In this document: positions 45,585 to 54,661 of the stretch, piece after piece
How positions within the stretch are numbered: position 1 is the stretch's first letter
Layout: the number at the start of each line of letters is the position of its first letter
Made by a program: the position numbers and the translations under genes
The notes under the pieces: model-generated
Seen by the model: only the letters and a program-made list of their open reading frames with translations
Database searches by the model: none
What the model was told of the DNA's origin: nothing
Sequence record: MN445185.1
Strand: one strand, 5' to 3'
Length of the DNA stretch: 64,000 bases

Positions 45585-45980
45585 GTGAAATTGATTATGC
45601 CTAAAACCGTTCCTAATCAGGATATGGTTACGACTACACTGTTTTCTGAATCATTACGCAACTCTGTACGTCAGACCGCTTCACGTCTAGACGTGGCAGT
45701 TGAAGAACTCGACCCAGAAGTCTTCATGAAGTATGCGTTTATTGCAGAAGGTTACGCGATCGCCCTGAGTTATGCGCGGTATGTCGATGACGTGACAGAA
45801 GCTAAACGTTATTTAGAAGGCTGTTGTCAAGTTTTCCGTGAAGAAATCACCGAGATGGAGATGGTTGACCGTGGCTTACCTGAATTTGTAAAGGTGGGTT
45901 ACGATAAGCTGTTGCAATCCATCGCGGATGAGATCAAACGTCGCGGGTTAACTGTTGTGCACAGTGCTACACTGCACTAA
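45585..45980 (+). CDS. Hypothetical protein
   Basis: 131 aa, GTG start with AAGGAG RBS. Confidence 0.7.
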   Translation: MKLIMPKTVPNQDMVTTTLFSESLRNSVRQTASRLDVAVEELDPEVFMKYAFIAEGYAIALSYARYVDDVTEAKRYLEGCCQVFREEITEMEMVDRGLPEFVKVGYDKLLQSIADEIKRRGLTVVHSATLH

Positions 45981-45994
45981 CAGCGTACGAGTAG

Positions 45995-46036
45995 GCTACC
46001 ACACGATCATATGTGTGGTAGCTTATTTTTTTGTTT
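45995..46036 (+). terminator. Rho-independent terminator (loop contains TATG)
   Basis: GCTACCACAC-gatcatat-GTGTGGTAGC followed by a T-tract. Confidence 0.85.
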
Positions 46037-46048
46037 CTGGAGGCGTTA

Positions 46049-46588
46049 ATGGCAGACCGCTATCAGCCCGACCTAACACTGAGTTCAAAAGCGCTAGTCT
46101 TAGCGCTTATCAATCATGACAATAATCTGTCACTTACTGATAAAGAGATTGTGATTAGGGATATTGATGCGAACGCTTCACCAGACATCATCCCGAAGAA
46201 CACACAGGCAAGCGTGGCCAAAGCACGTAAGCCAAATGGGAAAACCGTGACAGTCTATTATGACCGGTTAAGTGCGTCTACCGTGCTAGACAGTTTTCAG
46301 CCGCTATTGGTGTCCTTAGACGGAACCGAAACGGACATTCAGCAAATTGCCAGTGTGATTAACGGTTACTGCGGTACAAACTTGTCAGCAGCAGACTTAC
46401 AGTCTGCGCCAATCGTGGTCAGCGACGATTTTACCCTGGTGAATATCACTGGCGATTCCCCAGCATGGCTTGGGACATTTATCGCAACCCTGTTTACCAA
46501 AAATGAGTACGTTCTTTCAACTGACACTGACACGGTGCTGTGTCTGGATGAGAACACTGTGCTCGTACTGACTGACGAGGAAGAGTAA
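46049..46588 (+). CDS. Virion adaptor, paralog-family N-domain only
   Basis: SSKALVLALINHDN, VTVYYDRLSA, INGYCGTNLSAADL, SPAWLG; acidic tail. Confidence 0.7.
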   Translation: MADRYQPDLTLSSKALVLALINHDNNLSLTDKEIVIRDIDANASPDIIPKNTQASVAKARKPNGKTVTVYYDRLSASTVLDSFQPLLVSLDGTETDIQQIASVINGYCGTNLSAADLQSAPIVVSDDFTLVNITGDSPAWLGTFIATLFTKNEYVLSTDTDTVLCLDENTVLVLTDEEE

Positions 46589-47073
46589 TGGCCAGCCCAG
46601 TTAAAAAGCAAACATTTGAGAGCTTACCATTTTATACCGATATCACCAACGTGAAAGATGGGATGTTCTTGTTTATCAAAGATGGGAAAGCGTATCAGTA
46701 CCCGCTCGAGATGTTGGGTGTCCAGAAGGTTGCTCAGGGTGTCGTTATTCGTGATGCGGCGTATGAGTTGGAAGCGGCAGCAGCCACTGATTGGTACCTA
46801 GGACTGTCGCAACCGGAAACCGATCTCACTATTAAACCTGATGGAGTATTGGGGGCATTTCGGTACACGCTCAACCTGACTATTCTTCAGGGAACGGGAG
46901 CCAACAAAATTAACTGGCCTTCCAACGTGAAGTTCCCCCATGATGCATACCCGGTGCTGTCGTACCAGAAAGGGAAATCGGACATGATTACCCTGACTAC
47001 AATCGACGGCGGTTACACCTGGAAAGGTGGCGTTAGTGGAACAGGATATACAGAATGGGTAGAAACTCCTTAA
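46588..47073 (+). CDS. Tail-fibre-associated small protein
   Basis: LTILQGTGANKINWPSNVKF...PVLS...G..D.ITL.T.DGG.TW.G, a motif seen in phage fibre/baseplate proteins. Confidence 0.6.
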   Translation: MASPVKKQTFESLPFYTDITNVKDGMFLFIKDGKAYQYPLEMLGVQKVAQGVVIRDAAYELEAAAATDWYLGLSQPETDLTIKPDGVLGAFRYTLNLTILQGTGANKINWPSNVKFPHDAYPVLSYQKGKSDMITLTTIDGGYTWKGGVSGTGYTEWVETP

Positions 47074-50072
47074 TCGCAGTACGGACAGGGATTAACAATG
47101 CCCTGTCGATGGCCTACGGTCATCAGGACTTCGTTCGTCGAAATACCGGCTTAACTAACGACGCCCACAATGACCATTATCTGATTAACCCAGAAGGGGT
47201 GCTATCTAATAACCGGCATTTCATTGCTGACTCCATGGCAGTGTATCAACCTAATGGTGACGCCACCACAGAAGGTCAATCGTTGCTGATTATTGGGTAT
47301 TGCCACATGTACATCGCTACCAAAAACCAGATGTGGTTAGATGCGGCGATTCGTGCATGGGAAGCGTACGCTACCTACTATTACGCAGGTCAGGCCATTC
47401 CTGAGTCACCGCAACGTTGGATTTGTAACTGGCTAGTTAACGGTAAAGAACCGGTGCTGTCAGACTATCCAGTGCATCCGTCCGAGCCAACCCACGGTGG
47501 TTACAAGTGTGTACCGGTGACGTTTACGAACGGGCGTTGCCAGATACCCCAAGGCGCACCATTCTTTGGTGAATATCTGAACAATTTCTTTTCTGCGCAT
47601 CGTGGCCATCCTACTTGGGGTGCGGTTAATGCCGACGTACAGAAAATTAAGGAATCGGAAGACGGGTTAATTGACTGGTCTAAAGTCCCTGATTACTTAA
47701 TCGTCAATCCAGAGAAACCTTACGATGTAAAAGCGTGGGTGGACTGGAACACGATGCTAAACGACCCAACCGGATATACACCAATGTGGGGCGGTTCTAC
47801 CTCGAAAGGTCCGTTGTACGAGCCTGACTGGTTTGTTGTGTGGACAGGTGAGAAGGTTCAGGATGGCGAGGTCATTGAATCTGGGTTGCCTGATGCCCAG
47901 AAAGGAACCGTACAATTAAAGGACACCAGTATCAACGGTGTGTATTTGATTAACTACGCTTCCCAGGTGCCAGTAGAGCACGGCGGGTATTTGTTTGGCC
48001 GTAATGAGCCATGGCACAACCGTCCTGTGCACACACCGTTAAAAGGCTCTGTCAACCAAATGGGTAACGCGGCAGATGCGGAAGTGTGGTTTATTGATGC
48101 CTGTTATCTGCTCTGGCGTATCACAGGTGAACCGCGCTATAAAGCCGCACTAGACTCTGTGTTCTATACAGCGCATGAATACACGTATATCGATGCGAAG
48201 GACAAGTTTTTCCGACGTTCTAAGCTAGCCGAAACACCATTTACAGATGGTATCTCGTACGACTATAAATACCCCAGCACTGTTGAGGTCGCTTACAGTC
48301 GTGATGAAAATGGTGATATTGTGTTCCGTTCTGAGAAAGCTGTGCAGAACTTTATGGAACAGCAAGCCGTGCGTTTCAGGATAAACAGTCAATCGAAGTT
48401 ACGTGTGACGTATGGCGGTGTTTGCGACAACGGTGATGCGCTTGCGTGTAAAGTGATGGTGGATATCAACCCCGTTAAAGCGGATACTGAAGAAGTAAAC
48501 TGGTACGGCTGTACGCTTCCAGGATCAACATCGATGGAAGTAAAACAGCATGACATCGGTTTAGGGCATCTGGCCAGAATGACTAATCCGGCCAACGGCG
48601 AAGATTACATCATTGCCGATGCGCGAGCATGTTCAGATTACGGTGGGTGTACGTGGCAGGAGAAGTTTGAGAGCAACATCTACGATGGTCGTTCAGGCAC
48701 AATCGTAGAAGCGTTATTCCCGAACGACGATGCGGGTTTCATTATCGGTTTCTGGTTAACCGATGCCGGTGTTGCACCCCCACAGTCAATTGTCTATCGT
48801 GCCGATGGTGATTTCAACTTCCGTTTCGAAGATACCGACAAGTGGCGTTGGTGGTGGATGTTGCCCGCGACTAACGGGGAATGGAAACAGGTTATTATTC
48901 GCCCTGAAGACGCAACACTCTCGGGCTATCAACCCGACCACGATACCGACGTCGAACCAAAACCGGCTGCGCCAAACTATACAACTATCGATCGGGTAAC
49001 CATACTGCCCGATTCGGCTGTGGAGAATGCGCACTTTAGCTGGTATTGCGTAAACGATGTTCCGCCACTGTTTAATGGAGACGATGGTTGGACGTTAACG
49101 TTCCGTATTGTAATTCGGGGAGGTTCTGCATTTACGGGTAAAGTGGGCGATTGTACGATAAAAGATTACCGTCTTGACTCGCTCGCGTATTGTCCAGGAA
49201 CGATACCGTTCTCGAACATTTATTCGGAAGGAACGTATCAGCTAGGTGCATGGCACGGGATGCCGTATCCTGGCTATCAGTATCCGTTTATGTACACCAT
49301 ACACACCGATGATCGCTACAAAGTCTGGCTCTTAAATCAGATTCGGTTTATGCACGATTCACAAACCAACTACCAGGCGCAGCTAGGTGAGTTAGGTCCA
49401 GGTTGTGCGGCGTATATTTGGAACCGTTGGGATAACTACTCTTACGGCCCGGCAGATACGTGGACAACGTTCCATTGGGGAGATGGACATCCGTGGGCAG
49501 GTTATCAGCCGCGCGCGTATAACGCCGCTGCGCGTTGTTGGTACGAATTAGTTGTGCGTGGTAAAGAGGTTCCACCTGAGCTAGTAGTGTACGTTGAAAA
49601 TTGGGCTAAGTGGCTCGTAGGGTTCTTAGACCGCTTTGACAACCACACTCCGAATGAATTCCCTACAGCACCAAATAAACCGGTATGGGTAGAGAACGAT
49701 TTCACAGCACATATGTGTGCGCTCTGGATAGCAGGCAGCGCTTATGCGGCAATGGCTGGCTGTACAGTGGAAGGGTTGAGCCGTATTATGGATATGGGGA
49801 TGAAAGAGATGGGTGACAACTTCACCGTCACAGACATTCCAGGAAAAGCCATTAACGGTGCCTGGTCTCCGTGGGCAAACCCTACCACGGATAACGGTCA
49901 GGCTTTTGGGTTTTATACTGGAGAAGCGATGCGTGCAATCGGGTTGTATCTCCTCTATAAAGAACACGGCCCAGGACATGATATTTATCGTGACTTGGCA
50001 ATACCCGACCACACAACAGCTTCACTCGATATAACGTTTACTATCCCAGACGATCCGCTCGAAACTAATTAA
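47055..50072 (+). CDS. GH8-like (alpha/alpha)6 glycoside hydrolase with CBM-like insert; probable virion appendage
   Basis: ATTEGQS (E73) and NAADAEVWFIDACYLLWRITGEPRY (D341) parallel BcsZ TTSEGQS and [25 protein letters not shown]. Confidence 0.65.
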   Translation: MGRNSLIAVRTGINNALSMAYGHQDFVRRNTGLTNDAHNDHYLINPEGVLSNNRHFIADSMAVYQPNGDATTEGQSLLIIGYCHMYIATKNQMWLDAAIRAWEAYATYYYAGQAIPESPQRWICNWLVNGKEPVLSDYPVHPSEPTHGGYKCVPVTFTNGRCQIPQGAPFFGEYLNNFFSAHRGHPTWGAVNADVQKIKESEDGLIDWSKVPDYLIVNPEKPYDVKAWVDWNTMLNDPTGYTPMWGGSTSKGPLYEPDWFVVWTGEKVQDGEVIESGLPDAQKGTVQLKDTSINGVYLINYASQVPVEHGGYLFGRNEPWHNRPVHTPLKGSVNQMGNAADAEVWFIDACYLLWRITGEPRYKAALDSVFYTAHEYTYIDAKDKFFRRSKLAETPFTDGISYDYKYPSTVEVAYSRDENGDIVFRSEKAVQNFMEQQAVRFRINSQSKLRVTYGGVCDNGDALACKVMVDINPVKADTEEVNWYGCTLPGSTSMEVKQHDIGLGHLARMTNPANGEDYIIADARACSDYGGCTWQEKFESNIYDGRSGTIVEALFPNDDAGFIIGFWLTDAGVAPPQSIVYRADGDFNFRFEDTDKWRWWWMLPATNGEWKQVIIRPEDATLSGYQPDHDTDVEPKPAAPNYTTIDRVTILPDSAVENAHFSWYCVNDVPPLFNGDDGWTLTFRIVIRGGSAFTGKVGDCTIKDYRLDSLAYCPGTIPFSNIYSEGTYQLGAWHGMPYPGYQYPFMYTIHTDDRYKVWLLNQIRFMHDSQTNYQAQLGELGPGCAAYIWNRWDNYSYGPADTWTTFHWGDGHPWAGYQPRAYNAAARCWYELVVRGKEVPPELVVYVENWAKWLVGFLDRFDNHTPNEFPTAPNKPVWVENDFTAHMCALWIAGSAYAAMAGCTVEGLSRIMDMGMKEMGDNFTVTDIPGKAINGAWSPWANPTTDNGQAFGFYTGEAMRAIGLYLLYKEHGPGHDIYRDLAIPDHTTASLDITFTIPDDPLETN

Positions 50073-50077
50073 GTGTA

Positions 50078-50120
50078 TACCAGCTATCCTTCGGGGTGGC
50101 TGGTACGCTTTATTTTATTT
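50078..50120 (+). terminator. Rho-independent terminator
   Basis: TACCAGCTATCC-TTCG-GGGTGGCTGGTA followed by a T-rich tract. Confidence 0.85.
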
Positions 50121-50143
50121 CAGATAGATGTTATCTCAGTGAA
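50118..50143 (+). promoter_or_regulatory. Early-type promoter, AGATAGATRTTATC class
   Basis: TTTCAGATAGATGTTATCTCAGTGAA, followed by hairpin CTCTGA/TCAGAG 50145-70. Confidence 0.7.
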
Positions 50144-50199
50144 CCTCTGAAATTTACGTTTCAATCAGAGCTTATGTCATGTATTAAGGAGCACTTAAA

Positions 50200-50532
50200 A
50201 TGTCTAAAGTCTATCACATTGCGGTATTGCGTCAGGCAACTGACCTTGAAAGCGACCGTGAACTTCGAATGCAGGAAGCCATTCTGAGCACTGTTAAAGA
50301 ACTTAACCAAGCAAACAATTTCGATGCACGCTTCGAAGCGTTACCAGTAAGCCGCAGTGCTTTCTACGGCAGTCAAATACTGGCAACCCAGTATGCGATG
50401 GCTTTAAGTGACTTGCGCAATAACCCTAGCCCAGAGACCGCGGCGAAGATGAACAAACTGTCGCTATGGATGAATAACCTGGATGTCCCCGCAGCATCCA
50501 CTGTAAGCGGTTTGGGGGTGGTCAATGGGTAG
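50200..50532 (+). CDS. Hypothetical early protein
   Basis: 110 aa, AAGGAG RBS. Confidence 0.75.
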   Translation: MSKVYHIAVLRQATDLESDRELRMQEAILSTVKELNQANNFDARFEALPVSRSAFYGSQILATQYAMALSDLRNNPSPETAAKMNKLSLWMNNLDVPAASTVSGLGVVNG

Positions 50533-50860
50533 AGTAATCCGTGTTGCCAGACCAATGCGTCTCAATAGGACACCAATGATAAATCGTGATATCGGTGAAG
50601 CTGTAAAACAGTTGTCGAATATCGACGGTTACACCTTTAAAGTGATAACACTGTACGACTACCCAGAAGGCAAAGTTCCGCAAGAGGCGCTGGATAAATT
50701 CGTTAATGTATTAGACGATTGCCTTAAGAGCCCAACGGACGTAAATCTTATCAAACTAAACACCATGTCCCTTGAACTGTACCGGCTGCGTAAAATGGGC
50801 ATTCATGCTCGCATCGGTAAAGGTGACCAAACGTTGGCCGAATACTGGGCTAAACAATAA
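50525..50860 (+). CDS. Hypothetical protein
   Basis: 111 aa, overlapping start. Confidence 0.7.
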   Translation: MGRVIRVARPMRLNRTPMINRDIGEAVKQLSNIDGYTFKVITLYDYPEGKVPQEALDKFVNVLDDCLKSPTDVNLIKLNTMSLELYRLRKMGIHARIGKGDQTLAEYWAKQ

Positions 50861-50887
50861 GCTATTTTAAATCCTAAGGAGCATTAA

Positions 50888-51406
50888 GTGAATATTATCA
50901 TGAACCTGTATACCAAACGGGAACGTAACGTTTTAGAATCTGGCGTTGCCCCGGAAGTATTGGCTGCGGGGGATATTAGTATCGACCCATTGAAAGTGAA
51001 AGTCGCAGAACTGTTCCCTCGCGACGAATGGGACATCTGGTATTTCCGTTGTTCGTCGGTATTGAATGCAATCAAACAACTGTCTGATTATCAACCTGGT
51101 CCGTATATCGGTACTTGGCACTGGTACGTTCCACGCACACCAAACTTCCTTTACCTGCACGACGATGATAAACGTACTCATATTCGCACTGTAGCGACGC
51201 CTGCGCGTTTGGAGCGTTATCTGGAGCTAATCCACGACCGGCCTCGTAACGAGCTGCAAAGCATCGTAGAGGTGCTCAGACAGGTACCTTTAGACGGTAT
51301 CCTGGAACTGGACATGAAAATCGCCGATCGTCCGAGACATTACTGGGAATTTTCCTGGGTAGACGCGAAGTACGAAAACCATAACGTTATCTATCTGAAG
51401 CGTTAA
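50888..51406 (+). CDS. Hypothetical protein
   Basis: 172 aa, AAGGAG RBS. Confidence 0.7.
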   Translation: MNIIMNLYTKRERNVLESGVAPEVLAAGDISIDPLKVKVAELFPRDEWDIWYFRCSSVLNAIKQLSDYQPGPYIGTWHWYVPRTPNFLYLHDDDKRTHIRTVATPARLERYLELIHDRPRNELQSIVEVLRQVPLDGILELDMKIADRPRHYWEFSWVDAKYENHNVIYLKR

Positions 51407-51416
51407 GGGGGACAGG

Positions 51417-51737
51417 ATGTTGAACCGGTTACTTGCGCTGATTAACAAGCGACAAAAACAACTGTACGAAGAAAATCGAGAATTAGCTGCCGCTATCCGT
51501 CGTGTACAGGCCGATAACTTGCAGTTAAGACACGACCTCGCGAAACTAGGTGTTAACGCGAGTAGGCTTTGCACGCACATTAGCCGCTGCCACGATATCA
51601 TCGAACGTATTGGACACTACCATCTTACGTCTCCTGCGCGTCGCGTCTATGACGCGGCCGTCCAGGGATTAAAAGATACCAGGAATGCGTACGACGAGAT
51701 GTTAGAAGAGTTTAGCAAACGTGAGGATAAATACTAA
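51417..51737 (+). CDS. Hypothetical coiled-coil protein
   Basis: 106 aa, heptad pattern. Confidence 0.7.
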   Translation: MLNRLLALINKRQKQLYEENRELAAAIRRVQADNLQLRHDLAKLGVNASRLCTHISRCHDIIERIGHYHLTSPARRVYDAAVQGLKDTRNAYDEMLEEFSKREDKY

Positions 51738-52120
51738 TGGAAATGCCAACGAACACCGACTTAGCACTGGCAATCGAACACATGAAAAACCATCAGCTGA
51801 CGTTACTGAATGCAGGCACAGAAGGGCAACGTCAAGGGTATGCGCTCGTTGCAAAAGCAGCGTTAGAACTTAACAAGATTCTACTCGCTAAACTTTACGG
51901 GCTGGAAAACAGCGTGCTCCATGCGTCGCACCTGGGCGAAGCCAGCGAGTTAGTTACGAATGTGCGGCTGTATGCAAGTCGTGAAATGGAACGTTTAACC
52001 AACGAATGGAATGTCCAGTGTAACGGCGAGCGTGCTGATAAAGATCCGCGTAAAGTCGCACTGACGCCGGGCGTGTACATCAAAGACGGCACCATTGACG
52101 AATACAGCGGATTTAACTGA
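51737..52120 (+). CDS. Hypothetical helical protein
   Basis: 127 aa, TAATG coupling. Confidence 0.7.
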   Translation: MEMPTNTDLALAIEHMKNHQLTLLNAGTEGQRQGYALVAKAALELNKILLAKLYGLENSVLHASHLGEASELVTNVRLYASREMERLTNEWNVQCNGERADKDPRKVALTPGVYIKDGTIDEYSGFN

Positions 52121-52143
52121 TCGGCGGATAAGGGTGATTGTGA

Positions 52144-52569
52144 ATGGTAACCATAGACGTAGCTATCTCTATCGAGCTTCAACGCATCGGTGTAGGTACA
52201 CTAAAACTTCGTTATCGTGATTTACCGCATTACAACAAGATGTTTGATGTTGGGGTGATAAAGTTTTATAACCGGTACGGGCCAAGAGAACTATGTCTAT
52301 GGTTTGTCGAGTTAGCGATAACTTATGGCGAGTTTTATCATCCTAATGTACCGCATGTCGAACATGTGTCAAGAGGGCACCTGGAAACTTCCAGAGAGTT
52401 CTATCAGCGATTGTATGGCGCGATGGAGGAGTCCGCACCCATCGACTACGACGTACCACCTGAACTGTTATTAATCGACCATGAAGGAGAAGCCGGTGTC
52501 TATTTCATTACGGGGACTGACTATTCACGAGATTCAGAAATATTTACTCGAGGGCGGGAAACTGACTGA
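52144..52569 (+). CDS. Hypothetical protein
   Basis: 141-aa ORF in operon. Confidence 0.65.
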   Translation: MVTIDVAISIELQRIGVGTLKLRYRDLPHYNKMFDVGVIKFYNRYGPRELCLWFVELAITYGEFYHPNVPHVEHVSRGHLETSREFYQRLYGAMEESAPIDYDVPPELLLIDHEGEAGVYFITGTDYSRDSEIFTRGRETD

Positions 52570-52801
52570 CGACTATCAAACCGCAGATATGTTGCTACAG
52601 TCATTTGTACCGTTACGTGCTGAGTATTACGAAATCGCGTTCCTGGGCGATGAATATTGTGTCCGCACGCAAGGGCGTGAATACGAAGCAGTACGCGTTC
52701 CACGCACACTCGGTGGGGTGATGATGCTCATCGCTAATATCGAAGCACTCAATGCGAAATGTGCGTTATACATCGCACAGGGAGGCCGCAATGGATTTTA
52801 A
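52481..52801 (+). CDS. Hypothetical protein (start uncertain)
   Basis: 106-aa ORF filling the operon gap. Confidence 0.55.
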   Translation: MKEKPVSISLRGLTIHEIQKYLLEGGKLTDDYQTADMLLQSFVPLRAEYYEIAFLGDEYCVRTQGREYEAVRVPRTLGGVMMLIANIEALNAKCALYIAQGGRNGF

Positions 52802-52949
52802 GTGGGAAGTGTTATCGTTAGCAGAAGTTCGTAACAGAATCGATAGAGCTATTGCAAGGAGAAAACATGTTCGGCCTGTTTCAGGAGAAAAAACAGTTGC
52901 GTCGCCAATTAGAAATACTGGAATTGGAACTCAGCCTATCAAAGACTGA
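52791..52949 (+). CDS. Possible small basic protein (52 aa)
   Basis: GGAGG RBS before ATG 52791; overlaps the next gene by 83 nt. Confidence 0.4.
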   Translation: MDFKWEVLSLAEVRNRIDRAIARRKHVRPVSGEKTVASPIRNTGIGTQPIKD

Positions 52950-53268
52950 GTTGGAAATTTCGAAAGAAGCGTGGAAAAGAAATCTTGATGAATCTTTCGA
53001 AGAACGCCGTAAGCTTACACGACTACTTTCTGAGGAACAGTCTAAGAACCGGAAACTCGAAGATGAGCTACGAGATGCCCGACGAGATGCGGATCTGCGT
53101 GACAAGATGTTAGGACGGAACCTGGGTGCCCTAATCTATTTCATAGAGCAACGTTGGGAACCAAAAACACTCCTTGAGTTGCTCTATGAAAAACTCTCCT
53201 GTGTAGGTAAACGTTCTGCGGCCATCGAGTATTTCCGTAGTCACGGTTTCGAGGTAAAAGATGAGTAA
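52867..53268 (+). CDS. Hypothetical coiled-coil protein
   Basis: AAGGAG RBS before ATG 52867; long charged heptad helix. Confidence 0.7.
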   Translation: MFGLFQEKKQLRRQLEILELELSLSKTELEISKEAWKRNLDESFEERRKLTRLLSEEQSKNRKLEDELRDARRDADLRDKMLGRNLGALIYFIEQRWEPKTLLELLYEKLSCVGKRSAAIEYFRSHGFEVKDE

Positions 53269-53346
53269 ATTAGAGGTTGGCAGGCTGTTCGTTAATCCTT
53301 AAAAAACAACAGTTTCAAATTAGTTACGACCATAAGGAGTATTAAA

Positions 53347-54150
53347 ATGTTAAAGCCACGCAAACAGAAAAGATTACAGTTTGTCAAAATAGTACATCCA
53401 CAGTCCCGTCGTGTTACAGGTGGACGTCTCTACGTGGGTAAACACCGTAGTCGTCTTATCACCTGGTCGGCAATGGCCAACGTAGCCACCCAACTCCAGG
53501 CAATGGTTGAAGACCGTTGCCAGTTAAAAGGGGATTTCTTTCAAGAGAAGAAACCCTATCGTGATATCTTCCGTACACTAAAAGCGTGCTGGGTACTCAG
53601 CTGGGTGCCTGGCCGCGAACAACTTTATTTTCTGCGTAAGTTCCCACGCCCTATGCCGAAGGAAAACATTAGCGTTTTCTTAGACAAACTAAAACGCTTT
53701 AATGACATCGGCATAAACGCTAATAAAGAGCAGGTTTCTGCTACAGTAGCAGCCCGAAAACACTTACGCGATTATGTGGCCGATCGAGATGTTGAGTTCG
53801 CTTATATGACGCCGACTGTACCGCTGCTAAACGGTGATGCATCGAAAGCGAAGATGGAAGAGATCGCGTTGAAGTTTCCTAACATCAGACACATCGCACC
53901 AGACGCGGTACTACAGCTGAACACTGAAGGCTGCACGCGTTTACCGACAGTCTCTGACACGGTGTTAGTATCAACACCTGATGTTCCTGATGGAAAGTCG
54001 TTCCTTGAAATGATAAAGAAACGTACAGAGGGTGGATATCAACCGATCTTTCTGGATTCCCTTTCACAACATCCTGAAGTAGAACAAGAATTTAACATGA
54101 ACACTAACAGCCCTTACGACTCCCTATACAAGGACGATAATGATGCTTAA
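53347..54150 (+). CDS. Hypothetical protein
   Basis: 267 aa, AAGGAG RBS. Confidence 0.75.
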   Translation: MLKPRKQKRLQFVKIVHPQSRRVTGGRLYVGKHRSRLITWSAMANVATQLQAMVEDRCQLKGDFFQEKKPYRDIFRTLKACWVLSWVPGREQLYFLRKFPRPMPKENISVFLDKLKRFNDIGINANKEQVSATVAARKHLRDYVADRDVEFAYMTPTVPLLNGDASKAKMEEIALKFPNIRHIAPDAVLQLNTEGCTRLPTVSDTVLVSTPDVPDGKSFLEMIKKRTEGGYQPIFLDSLSQHPEVEQEFNMNTNSPYDSLYKDDNDA

Positions 54151-54532
54151 GCCTAAGAAACGTAAAGATGGTGCGGTCATTTTCTCTCCGAGAATCGCTG
54201 TAGCAGTTGGTAAGAAATTACTGGTCCAGGACGGTAAGTGGGTCAGTGACGGATTCAGTCAGTACACCTCGCTATGCATCTCTTCCGAGATGAATCAGAT
54301 GCACGGGAAGAAAGTACGTGACCGACGATCTCAGATGCCAAAAGTTATCCGTGTTGTGGCCGGCTGGTATAAGCGATACATGAAAAAGAACTTCCCACAC
54401 GCAGCGCCGCCGTTTGAAGAAGGGTCTTTTGTTCGTACAGAACCCACCGAAGCGGGTGGCGAATTACCGGTGCGTACCGGCACGGCGTATTCGACGCTGA
54501 CTTCCTTGTGTCGTCAGTCGTACGAAAAGTAG
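54140..54532 (+). CDS. Hypothetical protein (possible frameshift; -1 frame open to 54573)
   Basis: 130 aa; N-terminus MLKPKKRK resembles MLKPRKQK of the upstream gene. Confidence 0.6.
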   Translation: MMLKPKKRKDGAVIFSPRIAVAVGKKLLVQDGKWVSDGFSQYTSLCISSEMNQMHGKKVRDRRSQMPKVIRVVAGWYKRYMKKNFPHAAPPFEEGSFVRTEPTEAGGELPVRTGTAYSTLTSLCRQSYEK

Positions 54533-54604
54533 AAGGCGTTGAAGGACACTCTACTCCACATCAACTAGGATGACGCTTATCCCAAGGGTAGCGAATAAAG
54601 CAGT

Positions 54605-54640
54605 ACCCTACTCCTTCGGGAGTAGGGTTTCTTCTTTTTT
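54605..54640 (+). terminator. Rho-independent terminator
   Basis: ACCCTACTCC-TTCG-GGAGTAGGGT followed by a T-tract. Confidence 0.9.
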
Positions 54641-54661
54641 GCCTAGTCCGATTACAATTAT

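Noticed and set aside
52471-52490. TAATCGACCATGAAGGAG, resembling the cassette leader motif
   Set aside because: Lies in coding sequence (LIDHEGE) with no promoter or hairpin upstream; likely chance
53261-53302. 13-codon ORF MSKLEVGRLFVNP with ATGA overlap
   Set aside because: Too short to support; could be a decayed gene but there is no evidence without homologs
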